IMG/VR virus record: IMGVR_UViG_3300032251_000002
Span: 1 to 64,000 of that record
Reading direction: 5' to 3' (one strand)
DNA: 64,000 nucleotides
Source of the DNA: a virus
A program made the translations under genes and the position numbers. How positions within the stretch are numbered: position 1 is the first letter of the stretch; the number at the start of each line of letters is the position of its first letter. The notes under the pieces are model-generated. The model worked only from the letters and a program-made list of their open reading frames with translations. It did no database searches and was not told the origin of the DNA. Below, one piece after another: positions 20,127 through 30,841 of the stretch.

Positions 20127-22994
20127 TTATTTGTTAACAACTAGACTGATAAGTACTCTCTCGATAATAGAGTTGAATACCATCTCTACCTTAACACGAA
20201 GAATCTTATTTTGTCTATCATACTCAGAAGCATAAACAGTACCTTTGATTGACTCACAAGCTCTGTTTGATTTCCACTTAGCTAAGTAACCGTTAAGGTT
20301 ATATTGAGCCAAGTTCCAAGTAGCACTATCATTCCACTCGAATTGGAAGTCTTCCATCATGTTCTCTACATCTCTTTGAATTCTAAGCAATGCACGAACA
20401 TTGTTAACATTAGAAAGAGCAGATACAACAGATTGAGTAGTAAGTTGCGTACCGAATCTAGTTCTTCTATTATCAGCTTCGATATAGTTTACTTGATTCT
20501 TATACAACTCTTCTTTCCAAACATCATTTGGATTGAAGCTCATTGTCTCAAATTGTCCAACGTTACCATATTTGTTTCCAGCTAGTGGATAATGGATACC
20601 GAATTGTTCATCATGAGCAGGAATCTTGCTAGCTAAGAAGTAAGTAGGTGTAACCTTAATATCTCTACCAGTGTATAAAGAATCATGAATGATGAAATCT
20701 TGAGTGTAAAGAGCAACTCTAAAGTTGTTAATAGCTAATGACTTCTTAAAGTCAATCGCTTGTTGTGGAGTAGCAGGATACAAAGTATCTACCATTCCCA
20801 TGAAGTCTGTTCTAATTGTAGTACATAACTGTACTATTGCATCCTTAACTGCAACAGGATAAGCTGCATCTAGTACTAAATCAATAGGGAATAATTTCTT
20901 ATTAACTAAGTCATTATCTAATTGACCTGTGAAAGCTTCAACAAGTAATCTAGTCATAGTCTCTTCTCTTAAAGTAGGATTAGAGATTTCTAAATCACCA
21001 TCATCACCTTTCATCATAGGTACAAATGAGTTATAGTTGTGTAATTTATAGTCAAACGTCATTTCTTTTGTAACAATCTCGTTATAACCAGCAGTATCAA
21101 TATTACCTTCAATAACTTCATATTGAGCTAATTTAGCTTCATCAGTAGTTAATCCAGCAACAAGAGTAGCAGCATCATTAAGAGCAGTTACTACAGAAAC
21201 TTCATAATCTGTAATGTCACTATATTGTGTTTCTACAGTCTCAACACCAACTTCAATCATAACAACTTCAATAACATCTTGAGCTTTAGCTAACATTGTC
21301 TTAGCAGTATTAACAGCTAATAATGTATCAGCATCAATGTCATCAGCTACAGAATATAAATTTGTAGCATTGTTGTAATAAGCAGTAGCGTTTTCAACTA
21401 ATGTATTAAGTTCTAATATAGCTGCATCTGCTTGTACTTCATCTTCACTTGCTACAGTAGTAACAAACACTGTTGCTTCTAATGTAGTTAGAATTGAAGT
21501 ATAAACTTGAGCTAATTTAGCTTGAATATCGTTCTCTACAGAAACCAATTCTAACTCACTACCAGCATCAATTAATTTTGATAAATGACTAGCTGATTTA
21601 ATTTGCTTGATTTGGTAAGCGTAAAGAGCAGCTTCAACCTTTTGAATGTCAACTAATAAGTCTAACATAGCAGGTGAAGTAGTAACAGCAAGAGCAGTAT
21701 CTAAAGAATTATAAAGAATATTTAACATTTCTTTAACTTTAGCAACAATTAACTTAATACCACTATCAAGTGCATTTAAGTTGTCATTCGTAGCATCAAT
21801 AGCGTACGCTGCTTTAGAACTATCATAAGAAGTTTTTAATGCAATTAATTCATTAGAAACAACTGATAAAGTACCAGTAGAACTGTCTACGATAGCATTT
21901 ACAACAGTACCATAGTCACCCTTCTTAACTTTACTTAATACCATTCTCATTGTGCTTACAGAATTCATAGCTATATTGTGTATAGATAATCTTGCTGCAT
22001 CATCAATGTTAACGATGGCTTGTTCAATTGCACTATCCACATCTACCATATTAACTTCACCAGAAGGTTCGCCATTTACGTATTTGTGAGCAGATGCATG
22101 GATATCAATTTCTCTACTTAAAGAGCTATCGAAGTATGTTTCTGTACCTGAGTTTAATTCTCTAGTCTTTAATGAAATAAAGTCTAAAACACCAGGATTT
22201 ACATGAGGATTAATTAATTCTCCTAATTCATCATAAGCTGTTTCATTAAACAGAACGCTGAAATATTCAGAATATTTTTCAATTACATAAGAAATATGCA
22301 TTGATTCACCACTTAAAGCTTGAGCTTCTGGGTCTAAAGATACACTAAATGGACCTTCTATGATTTCAGTAGCACCTGCTTGAGTAGTCTTTGTTACTTC
22401 TAAATTGTATACACGGAAGTCAAAAGTATCATCAAATGAATCAGATAATGTTAATCTAAATCCTAAGTTGTTGTAACCTTTACCTCTTCCTTTTGGATAT
22501 ACTGCGAATAATGGATAACTTTCGAAACCATCAATTGTTTGAGGTCTATCTCTTCTAGACAATTCTGTCTTAAGAGCTTCCTCTGATGTGTTGTTAACTC
22601 CTGTGTAGATAAGAACAGGTCTTACTTCTACGTTAGGGTAATCAACTAAACCACCGTCTAAGTTCTTAACTTGCTTTGTTCCAGCTTTAGCTTGAACGTT
22701 AACGATAGCATGAGCATAACCAGCGTTCTCAGGCATAACTCTAAGAGCGTATAAACCACCATTTGACTGTAACCAGTTCATGATGTTGTAACCAGCTTGA
22801 CCATGATTTTTCATGTTTGGTTTTCCATAATGGAATTCAAATTCAGATGCTGAAGTAATCATGTTGATTTTATTGTCTGGTCCAATATCAGAAGTAAAGG
22901 CTGCAAACAATTGAGTAACGCCCTGTGCAGTAACGTATACTACAGAATTGTCTGTAATCTTTGAACTGACGCTTGGATGTAAAAATTCTGCCAT
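20127..22994 (-). CDS. tail sheath protein
   Basis: N-terminal FLHPSV, SDIGPDN, FEFHYG; C-terminal LYKNQVNYI, ALSNVNNVRAL, FQFEWND. Confidence 0.85.
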   Translation of the reverse strand: MAEFLHPSVSSKITDNSVVYVTAQGVTQLFAAFTSDIGPDNKINMITSASEFEFHYGKPNMKNHGQAGYNIMNWLQSNGGLYALRVMPENAGYAHAIVNVQAKAGTKQVKNLDGGLVDYPNVEVRPVLIYTGVNNTSEEALKTELSRRDRPQTIDGFESYPLFAVYPKGRGKGYNNLGFRLTLSDSFDDTFDFRVYNLEVTKTTQAGATEIIEGPFSVSLDPEAQALSGESMHISYVIEKYSEYFSVLFNETAYDELGELINPHVNPGVLDFISLKTRELNSGTETYFDSSLSREIDIHASAHKYVNGEPSGEVNMVDVDSAIEQAIVNIDDAARLSIHNIAMNSVSTMRMVLSKVKKGDYGTVVNAIVDSSTGTLSVVSNELIALKTSYDSSKAAYAIDATNDNLNALDSGIKLIVAKVKEMLNILYNSLDTALAVTTSPAMLDLLVDIQKVEAALYAYQIKQIKSASHLSKLIDAGSELELVSVENDIQAKLAQVYTSILTTLEATVFVTTVASEDEVQADAAILELNTLVENATAYYNNATNLYSVADDIDADTLLAVNTAKTMLAKAQDVIEVVMIEVGVETVETQYSDITDYEVSVVTALNDAATLVAGLTTDEAKLAQYEVIEGNIDTAGYNEIVTKEMTFDYKLHNYNSFVPMMKGDDGDLEISNPTLREETMTRLLVEAFTGQLDNDLVNKKLFPIDLVLDAAYPVAVKDAIVQLCTTIRTDFMGMVDTLYPATPQQAIDFKKSLAINNFRVALYTQDFIIHDSLYTGRDIKVTPTYFLASKIPAHDEQFGIHYPLAGNKYGNVGQFETMSFNPNDVWKEELYKNQVNYIEADNRRTRFGTQLTTQSVVSALSNVNNVRALLRIQRDVENMMEDFQFEWNDSATWNLAQYNLNGYLAKWKSNRACESIKGTVYASEYDRQNKILRVKVEMVFNSIIERVLISLVVNK

Positions 22995-23082
22995 ATGCTT
23001 TCTCTCCTTTTCTTAATTTTTGATATTGTTATAAATACAAATCTTGTCCAAGACTGTATTAAATAACTAAGTTTTCACATTT

Positions 23083-23094
23083 TAATTAGTTGTT
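23083..23094 (-). promoter_or_regulatory. late-type promoter
   Basis: AACA ACTAAT TA upstream of sheath. Confidence 0.65.
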
Positions 23095-23207
23095 TACGTT
23101 AATAGTGTAAAAAAACTGTATTTATAAGCCTAACTATATATACAATAGTTAGACTTATAAACTAATTTTGAGGGAGTATTTATGGGTACTTCCTAAAACT
23201 ATGACAA

Positions 23208-23630
23208 TTATTTGTTTGTAGATACATCTCTCACTTTAGCTTCAATAATAATGTCTAAGAATCCATTAACATCTCCGTACAATTCTTCAATAGTAATTAT
23301 GATATCTTGAGATACATTTTCTAAAAATACTTTAATTACTTCATCTTTAACTTTAATACCATCTTCTTTAGTTAATTTACCATCAGAAGATGCTTTCTTC
23401 AACTCCAAAACTAATGTTTGTTCGATAGCTTTCATTACATCAACTAACATATTTCTACCCATGTCTAAATACTTCTTTTGAAGTTCTGCATAGTTATTGT
23501 TAGTTTCACTATCAATTGCACCTAGTTTGTTATCCACATAAGAGTTTAAGTATCTAACCCCTACTACTGCCAGTGCTGGAATTACAATAGTTAGCACTGT
23601 GATAAAAATGTTTAGTAATTGTTCATTCAT
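23208..23630 (-). CDS. putative holin-like membrane protein
   Basis: single N-terminal TM helix, helical C-terminus ending IIEAKV, similar to LL-H-type holins. Confidence 0.5.
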   Translation of the reverse strand: MNEQLLNIFITVLTIVIPALAVVGVRYLNSYVDNKLGAIDSETNNNYAELQKKYLDMGRNMLVDVMKAIEQTLVLELKKASSDGKLTKEDGIKVKDEVIKVFLENVSQDIIITIEELYGDVNGFLDIIIEAKVRDVSTNK

Positions 23631-23643
23631 TGTGTTTCCTCCT

Positions 23644-24390
23644 TTAATATTTGATTGTTTTCTCTACTGGAGAGATATTTTCTTGAATATCATTTCTACT
23701 CTTATTAACAGATGAAATGATAGACTGATTCATGTTTTCAAATGATATTGCAGTAAATGTAGAGTTAATGTTTGCTAGATTCTTCAAATTAGTTGTTTGA
23801 TAATCTAACTGACCTACTTTTCCAGCTTTACCAATTTTCTTTCTAAATGGTATTTCTATACCATCTTTACTACGATATAACTCTGCGATAATTAATTCAA
23901 GTACAACATTAGGTACACCTAAATTTACTTTATTAATATCTAAGTTATTTAGATAGATTTTCAATACATCCTCATAAGGTATTGTGTTTGGCAATTTACC
24001 ACTATGAAGAAGTTTTACGAATCTATCTGTACTCTGTACAGATTGTGTTATATTAGTGGTGTTCATAAATACATCACCCTTCTCTAATTGAAGTATGGTG
24101 TAATTGTCTTCACCTGTAGAACCTTTAAGCTTTAATTTATCATCATAACTTTCTGCAAATGATATTAACATGTCAATAGGTAAACTTAACGTGTATTGGT
24201 TACCTGTCTTAGATGTTTTAGAATTAAATACTTTAAAGAAAAATATTCCTAAAGTTTCTATCTTATTACCAATTACAGTTGCTATTCCTTCTTCAAAATA
24301 GAACTTAGGTATATAAACTTCCATATAACTTCCATCAAAGATTACTTGGTCTTTTACTTTTTTAAAAAACTTATAATTCAATATTATCAA
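23644..24390 (-). CDS. RNAP beta'-like C-terminal fragment (probably virion RNAP)
   Basis: VLELIIAELYR and STFTAISFENMNQSIISS correspond to beta' HxEVIVRQM and SAASFQETTRVL; late promoter at 24398..24409. Confidence 0.65.
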   Translation of the reverse strand: MIILNYKFFKKVKDQVIFDGSYMEVYIPKFYFEEGIATVIGNKIETLGIFFFKVFNSKTSKTGNQYTLSLPIDMLISFAESYDDKLKLKGSTGEDNYTILQLEKGDVFMNTTNITQSVQSTDRFVKLLHSGKLPNTIPYEDVLKIYLNNLDINKVNLGVPNVVLELIIAELYRSKDGIEIPFRKKIGKAGKVGQLDYQTTNLKNLANINSTFTAISFENMNQSIISSVNKSRNDIQENISPVEKTIKY

Positions 24391-24440
24391 CTCCTTTTAT
24401 AAAATTGTTTAAGAGAATAAGGGAATTTAATCCCTTATTC

Positions 24441-24743
24441 TCATTTAAGTTCTTTTTCTAAATATAGTCTTCTTAGCAAGTAACTACCTTCTCCTTCATC
24501 AATTAAATCTTTTAAGTTAGGAATGTAATTAATTACTTCAGCTATTTGATATGCATTAATATAATCCGTTGTATTAGTTATACAGTCTAGTAAATCTTCC
24601 TTATCCCAATATTGAAGTAAATTCTCCATAACTGTAACATTTCTAACATTTGAACCAGTATTTATAGTTAAGTTACCTAAAGGATTATTACCTGAGACAA
24701 CTAAAGAATTTGGTAGTTGATTTAAACTTACTTTTGCAGCCAT
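24441..24743 (-). CDS. hypothetical protein
   Basis: ORF in late operon. Confidence 0.6.
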   Translation of the reverse strand: MAAKVSLNQLPNSLVVSGNNPLGNLTINTGSNVRNVTVMENLLQYWDKEDLLDCITNTTDYINAYQIAEVINYIPNLKDLIDEGEGSYLLRRLYLEKELK

Positions 24744-24744
24744 A

Positions 24745-25470
24745 TTAAACTCCAGTTTCTGAATTTAATAAGAAATCAATTACATCTGTCATGTTCTTGA
24801 TAAACTTATTATTGTATTCAGTTCTTTCACTCTTCTTAACAAAGAAAATGTTACTAATAACCTTTTGAGTAAATAATGCTGTTTCTTTTAATGGTGATAA
24901 AACTATAAATGAATATAAGTGAGCAGTAAATAAACCTGAATGTTTCTTGTAATCTTCTGGTAAAATCATTCTAACTGCAACTAATAACATTTGTGGATTA
25001 GGGAATGTATAACTTTTAGCATTACCTAATTTAGTCATAACAGTCTTTTGTAATTTGTGTAACTTCTTAGGATTCTTTTTAAGCTCTTTAACTAAATCTG
25101 GAGTGAATCTTTGATGTAATACTTGTAAAGAATAACTATTAACTATTTCATACATAGCATCTTCTAAACTTTTAGCAGTAGTTTCATCTCCTTCTTCTCT
25201 AGCTTTTTTAATCATTTCTTCAGTCTTCTTGATAAAGTTAGTATCTTTTTGCTCTTTAGAAGCAAGAACCCCTTCACTAACCATATCATTTATTTCTTGT
25301 TTCTGCTCTTCAATAAAACTTCCAATAGACTCTGAATCCTTAGCAAGAACGTCTATATCTTGATTTACTTTCTCATCAACATTTTTAGCACTCTTCTTAA
25401 TTACATCCATAGCATTAGAAATATCTTTAAGACCTTGTGATGCTACATTATCTAAACCATTTTTCTTCAT
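24745..25470 (-). CDS. hypothetical protein
   Basis: ORF with RBS in late operon. Confidence 0.7.
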   Translation of the reverse strand: MKKNGLDNVASQGLKDISNAMDVIKKSAKNVDEKVNQDIDVLAKDSESIGSFIEEQKQEINDMVSEGVLASKEQKDTNFIKKTEEMIKKAREEGDETTAKSLEDAMYEIVNSYSLQVLHQRFTPDLVKELKKNPKKLHKLQKTVMTKLGNAKSYTFPNPQMLLVAVRMILPEDYKKHSGLFTAHLYSFIVLSPLKETALFTQKVISNIFFVKKSERTEYNNKFIKNMTDVIDFLLNSETGV

Positions 25471-25484
25471 AATTGTATATCTCC

Positions 25485-26282
25485 TTAAGTGTTTTTCTTT
25501 GGTAGTAATTTTACTACTTCATTTTTAATTCTTGTATTTAAATCATAACTAAATTCATCTAAAGTTAATGGTTTAAAGAAATTGTTCTTAAATTCTTCAC
25601 CAAAGAATCCATCAATTACAGAATCCTCTAAGAATATTTCACTTACAATTGTGTTACTAGCTTCCATTTCATCATTATTAACTATAATTTCAATAATGTA
25701 TTCATTCTCTTCGACAGTGTTAATAAATCCATCAATAATTTCATCAAGATTGTAAATAATAACTACTTCATCTAAAGTTTTAAATACTTTCTTAAGAGAA
25801 ATAATACCTAAATCTTTCTTATCAGTTACAGCTTTATATTCTTTTGATAGATGTTTTCTATTATCAAATATGTAATTAGTTAATAGACTTATCAACTTAG
25901 CTTTATAATTAATTACAAAGAAATCATAAAGATTTTCTACATATAAAAAGAACTCGTCATTCAATATTTTATCAACTTCTATATTACTTTGGAAATCAAA
26001 ACGTTCTTCTAACTTTAAAAGAACTCGTTCATGTAGACTAATTTTCATATCTAATACTTGATTTAGAATATCATCATATTCTCTGTATTTAACATTAATC
26101 ATATTAAATCTTTCATTAAATACATCTATAATATTCACAGGCTTTAATCCTTGAACCATTACAGCTGAAAGTTGCTCATCAAGATTTTGCATAAGTATCT
26201 TGTCTGAAAGTTGCTCTATAACTTCAGCTTTATCATTGAATGTTGGATAGATAAAATCATTACTATTTTCCATTATTTTCAT
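25485..26282 (-). CDS. hypothetical protein
   Basis: ORF with RBS in late operon. Confidence 0.7.
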   Translation of the reverse strand: MKIMENSNDFIYPTFNDKAEVIEQLSDKILMQNLDEQLSAVMVQGLKPVNIIDVFNERFNMINVKYREYDDILNQVLDMKISLHERVLLKLEERFDFQSNIEVDKILNDEFFLYVENLYDFFVINYKAKLISLLTNYIFDNRKHLSKEYKAVTDKKDLGIISLKKVFKTLDEVVIIYNLDEIIDGFINTVEENEYIIEIIVNNDEMEASNTIVSEIFLEDSVIDGFFGEEFKNNFFKPLTLDEFSYDLNTRIKNEVVKLLPKKNT

Positions 26283-26766
26283 CTCCTTTTAAGTACATAA
26301 TGTATGCTACTGTATTTTTAAGGATTTGTTTTAATTCATCTGAGTAACCAAAACGTTCTTGATTTAGTTCAAGAGATTTATATATGTCTCCATTATCATG
26401 TCTAAGAACTGCAGCCATCCAATCCGAAATCATTTCCAATAAATCTATTAATGTCATACCTTTAATTCCATTAGTAAAGAACTCTGGATGATGACGATTT
26501 TCTCCATAGTGATGGTCAAGTGCCACTGACATTTCTTTTAAGAAACCTTTATACTCATCACTACCATATGTAGATGTCTTAAGCTTTGGTCCATATTCTA
26601 CGAATATTTCTAGTTCAGGACTCACTAATTTTGAATCATCATGATGAACAGCTCTAAGTCTTAATTCATCAATAACTGGTGTCATGAAACCTTTAACCAT
26701 TTCTTTATGTTGATTTGTTTCTCTAATACTTTTAGCTACAGGTGTCTCATTATTTGTTAGAAACAT
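26263..26766 (-). CDS. HD-like protein (DUF5662-type)
   Basis: HDDSKL, HHYGENRHHPE, LLEMISDWMAA. Confidence 0.65.
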   Translation of the reverse strand: MFLTNNETPVAKSIRETNQHKEMVKGFMTPVIDELRLRAVHHDDSKLVSPELEIFVEYGPKLKTSTYGSDEYKGFLKEMSVALDHHYGENRHHPEFFTNGIKGMTLIDLLEMISDWMAAVLRHDNGDIYKSLELNQERFGYSDELKQILKNTVAYIMYLKGDENNGK

Positions 26767-27061
26767 AATTCTCTCCTCTTCTTAATATTGCAACTACTTC
26801 ATTTTCATTTATAATTAAGTAGTCTTCTCCTTCAAAACTAACTGGAACTAAAGACTTTGGTTGAATTGGAATAGCTACAATATCACCAACTAAAATAGCT
26901 TCTGAATCGTTTTCATCTAAATACTGACCCAGTTCTATTACCTTACACACATTACGTGCAACATTATTATGACTATTAGGTTTAATTATTCCATCTTTCT
27001 TCACTTCAGTGTTACATACCTTTAATAACATATTACTACCTAGTGGTTTGATATTACTCAT
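26750..27061 (-). CDS. groES: GroES-like co-chaperonin
   Basis: ATG at 27061 after AGGAGG; IKPLGSNMLLK, KVIELG, VGDIV, EGEDYLIINENEVVAIL. Confidence 0.8.
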   Translation of the reverse strand: MSNIKPLGSNMLLKVCNTEVKKDGIIKPNSHNNVARNVCKVIELGQYLDENDSEAILVGDIVAIPIQPKSLVPVSFEGEDYLIINENEVVAILRRGENYVSNK

Positions 27062-27365
27062 TACAATCTCCTCCTTTGGATACAAAATCAACAAACTCTT
27101 CAAAGTCAAATGGTGGTGGATTTGCACCAAAATAAACTTTATTTTTACTTTTACCTTCAATATCTTCTTCAATTCTATGAATATATGCTAAGTCAGTCTC
27201 TATAGTAGTTTTGTGGAAAGTTACTTGTTGACCAACATAAGGCTTAAGTACTGATAAATCAACTCTGCCAGTTTCAGAATTAAATGAAGCTAATACTTCT
27301 TTATCTTTCTTTACTAGAGTAACAGTTTGTAACTTATCTTCAATCTCTACATAAATATGAATCAT
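27054..27365 (-). CDS. hypothetical protein
   Basis: ORF after late promoter at 27387..27398. Confidence 0.65.
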   Translation of the reverse strand: MIHIYVEIEDKLQTVTLVKKDKEVLASFNSETGRVDLSVLKPYVGQQVTFHKTTIETDLAYIHRIEEDIEGKSKNKVYFGANPPPFDFEEFVDFVSKGGDCNE

Positions 27366-27452
27366 CTTAATACCTCCTATTTTTATTATAAAACTGTTGA
27401 TGTTACATTTTAAAAATAAAAGTGAATAGAGAATTAACTCTATTCACTTAGT

Positions 27453-29408
27453 TTATTTACCATTCATAGCTAGGATTCTTCCTATTGATGAACGAGATGC
27501 TGACTTTTTAGATGCTTTAACTTGCTCTTCATTAATAAATTTTTGAGATAAAGACAACTGTGTAGTAGGTCTGTTAGCTGCTGAAATGTTATTAAACTTA
27601 AGTCTCTTTTTATCTTTCTGTTCATCCATAGTTTCACTAGAGTTTAAAGATAACCATTTAGATAGATTCTCACCAAAGGCTAAAACAAATCTAGCTAATA
27701 AGTAAGCCATCATATTATCATCATGTTCCCCACGTCTATGTTCAATCTTACCTCTATTATTTCTTTCAAGTGTTTTAATATTACTAAATACATTCTTACT
27801 TGTTATAGCACTTGGAGTATGATTAATAGTATCTGTAAGAATATCTAACATTTGTCCTCTCACAGTTTCAGTAGTATACACTCCATATACTTTAACCTTC
27901 TTTTTCATCTTCTTATGTTGATTAGCTCTAACATCTTGAATTACTTTTTCACCTTTCTTTTCTTTATATTCAAAGTATAGATTCTTTTCTATATTTGTTT
28001 TCATTAAGAAGTCAAGCATGTTTTGTCCATAAGAGTTACGCTCTATTACTAATAATGAATTTTTGAAATAATGAGTCATTAAATTATGAACTAACATTGT
28101 GAAATCATTTGTATCTATAGTGTTATTCTTAAATTCACCTACAATCTCAAATGTATAAGGGTCTGTAATCTCTATACATGAACTATCTCGTGATAGACCA
28201 GCTGCAGGGTCAACTCCTATAACCCAAGGTTTATTGAAATCTATATCCTTTAAGAATTTAATTTCATAATACTTCATAAGTAGTAAGTTACCAATAGGTT
28301 CTACATGATACTTAGATAGAATTTCTAACTGGTCTTCAGTATATACTGAATTATCACTAGCAAACGTCCATTCAAGTAAAATCTCTCTCTTAATTGTGAG
28401 CATGTCATTATCTAAATCAGCACATTGTTTTTTGAACCATTTTTCATCTCTACCCAACTGCTTATAGCTGAACTCTATATACATAAATCTGTTTTTTGAG
28501 TTACTTTCTATCTTTTCAACTATTTCATCTCTATTTTTTAAATCATACATAAATTCGTCAAACATGTACGCATCATTAATCATTGATTTAACGTAAGCAC
28601 CTTCTTCAAGGTCAAGGTTATTTGGTGTAGTAGTGATGGTAATACCATATGGTTTACTACCTTTTTCTGCTTCTTCCATAGCTTTAGTTGTTGCTGGTGC
28701 AGATGCTCTTCTCATAATTTTGTTATACTTTAAGAAAGCTTTCTCATCCCAGTACTGTAATGGTGTTGTACTACCTCTACCCTTCTTATCTGCTTCTTCA
28801 GGATTAGTTGCAGATGCCATAGCTGTAATAGAGTTATCTCTTGCACTATAGAATAATTCCTCTGCATTATCTTTATCATTCTTTCTATCTGGTAATTTAA
28901 GATAATCTGGAATAATGTTAATAATATCTCCTAGACGTTTTAGGTTTAATTTAGAATATTTAAATTCCTTATTAAAGAATAACATCTCTGAGTTTTCTGC
29001 ACCAAATAAAAATAACCATGCATACATACATAATGTTGAAATAGTCTTACCATGCTGACGTGGTAACATCATTATAATATTTAAATTATTAATCATTCCC
29101 CATGTAAGTGCCAAGTTACCTCTATTTAATTCATAAGGTATATTACCTCTAGGTGTTTTAACTCTAACTACTTCCCTTATAAAATACCAAGGGTTAATCA
29201 TACATTCTTGAACTATTCTTGCTTTTTGCTCTTGAGTTAAATTCTTACTATAAGGGTCAACTCCAACTAATTTCTTATCATATAATCTAAGGAAAAATTT
29301 ATTATTAGTTATACCCATCTTTTTAAGTAATTTATATACTTTAATAAATGAAGTATTCTTTGTTCGTATATCTATAGTATGAACTACCTTTTGTGCTGCT
29401 TCTGGCAT
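27453..29408 (-). CDS. terminase large subunit
   Basis: Walker A PRQHGKT, Walker B LQYWDE, TTTP coupling motif, nuclease VIGVDPAAG and HDD; late promoter at 29439..29450. Confidence 0.9.
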   Translation of the reverse strand: MPEAAQKVVHTIDIRTKNTSFIKVYKLLKKMGITNNKFFLRLYDKKLVGVDPYSKNLTQEQKARIVQECMINPWYFIREVVRVKTPRGNIPYELNRGNLALTWGMINNLNIIMMLPRQHGKTISTLCMYAWLFLFGAENSEMLFFNKEFKYSKLNLKRLGDIINIIPDYLKLPDRKNDKDNAEELFYSARDNSITAMASATNPEEADKKGRGSTTPLQYWDEKAFLKYNKIMRRASAPATTKAMEEAEKGSKPYGITITTTPNNLDLEEGAYVKSMINDAYMFDEFMYDLKNRDEIVEKIESNSKNRFMYIEFSYKQLGRDEKWFKKQCADLDNDMLTIKREILLEWTFASDNSVYTEDQLEILSKYHVEPIGNLLLMKYYEIKFLKDIDFNKPWVIGVDPAAGLSRDSSCIEITDPYTFEIVGEFKNNTIDTNDFTMLVHNLMTHYFKNSLLVIERNSYGQNMLDFLMKTNIEKNLYFEYKEKKGEKVIQDVRANQHKKMKKKVKVYGVYTTETVRGQMLDILTDTINHTPSAITSKNVFSNIKTLERNNRGKIEHRRGEHDDNMMAYLLARFVLAFGENLSKWLSLNSSETMDEQKDKKRLKFNNISAANRPTTQLSLSQKFINEEQVKASKKSASRSSIGRILAMNGK

Positions 29409-29510
29409 TTCATGACCTCCTCTCAAATCTTTATAATTTAATTAAATGTTCTAAGAAAAAAAGAAATATATAGGGTTAATACAATTTTATGTATTAACCC
29501 TATTATAGTT

Positions 29511-30323
29511 TTATTTACGTCTTACTTTTTTTAATTGCTCTTCTAAAAACTTCTTTTCATAAGGACTATCTGTCTTTTTAAGTTCATCTTCTAAAGTCTT
29601 TCTAATTTCATTCTTTCTATGACCAAAATGGATACTTCTTTCTAAAGAATAATTAACTAATCTTTTCTTTTTATCTGGGTCTTCAGTTACTTTATCTTGA
29701 ATTTTATTTAACATTGAATAGAGTGAATCTCCATAACCATATCTAACGGAAAGACTATCTGCTCCACTTTCACGTTTATTATTTAAAATTAACATAGTTG
29801 GTTTAGATAAAGTTGCAAATATAACTAAAGATATCATTAATAACATAACTCCAACTATTGCAGCAGGAATAAGAACTATACCCATTACAAGTAATTGTGC
29901 TTTAACTAAAGACTTAATATGTTTTAAATCTTCTTGACTTATAGCTTTATGTCCAACTTCGTGAAGTAATGTAGCTGTCATTTCTTTTGGTGTAGCCATC
30001 TTAATAATTTGACTATCAATTTCAATAACTACTTCTTTACATGATTCAAACTCTAATCCTTCATTTTCTTTATCTACAACCACAATGGTCATCTTTTCAA
30101 TTTCTTCCTTAGATGGATAAACTCTCATACCAAAGAATTTATTAGTATTTTCAACAATGTATACTTCAGCATCTAAATTAAACTCTTTCTTCAATGCTTT
30201 AGAAATATTCTTTAAGTCCTTATCTGTAGTCATTCCATTTCTGTAATGAACTTGTAATTCATCAAAGTACTCTTCAATATTATCTATATTCTTACTCTTA
30301 ACTATAGCTTCATTTAATATCAT
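29511..30323 (-). CDS. zincin-like HEXXH metalloprotease, probable virion protein
   Basis: LLHEVGH, hydrophobic segment, RESGADS..VRYGYG; N-terminal ILNEA; late promoter at 30345..30356. Confidence 0.65.
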   Translation of the reverse strand: MILNEAIVKSKNIDNIEEYFDELQVHYRNGMTTDKDLKNISKALKKEFNLDAEVYIVENTNKFFGMRVYPSKEEIEKMTIVVVDKENEGLEFESCKEVVIEIDSQIIKMATPKEMTATLLHEVGHKAISQEDLKHIKSLVKAQLLVMGIVLIPAAIVGVMLLMISLVIFATLSKPTMLILNNKRESGADSLSVRYGYGDSLYSMLNKIQDKVTEDPDKKKRLVNYSLERSIHFGHRKNEIRKTLEDELKKTDSPYEKKFLEEQLKKVRRK

Positions 30324-30376
30324 AACATTTCCTCCCTTTCGATATAATTTTTTGTTTACGTTTCTTTTGATTAATA

Positions 30377-30392
30377 AAACATATATTATATC
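30377..30392 (+). promoter_or_regulatory. early-type promoter
   Basis: AAACATATATTATATC. Confidence 0.65.
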
Positions 30393-30427
30393 ATTGATAA
30401 TAATACTTAACTATAAAGGAGAATATA

Positions 30428-30841
30428 ATGTCAAGTAAAAATATGAGATATCTTAATGTTGATATTCATAAAGATATACTATCTAATGCAGATTGTATAA
30501 TTGTTTTTGATGATGATAAGGAAAAATACATAGTTCTTGAGCATGAAAGATATAATGATTTAAGAGGTAAATACTTTAGTAAAATGGAAATAATAAGCGA
30601 TATGGGAGATACACCTCTATTCTTATATTCTTATGATGTAAGTGGATTTAAAGATGCTACTGAATTTAAAGAATGGTTAGCTATACCATCAGATGTTAAA
30701 GCTAAATTCTTAGAATATTCATTAGAATGGAAAGATAAACTATACACTGAATCACATGGCATTCTTAGACGTATATTAACTATTAAAGAATATGATTTAT
30801 TTGTATTAATGGATGAAATGGATAAAGGGAGAGATAAATGA
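30428..30841 (+). CDS. hypothetical protein, paralog of 30838..31221
   Basis: shared H.R...L.G.Y, MG..P, KE.L and KAK..EY.L patterns. Confidence 0.7.
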   Translation: MSSKNMRYLNVDIHKDILSNADCIIVFDDDKEKYIVLEHERYNDLRGKYFSKMEIISDMGDTPLFLYSYDVSGFKDATEFKEWLAIPSDVKAKFLEYSLEWKDKLYTESHGILRRILTIKEYDLFVLMDEMDKGRDK

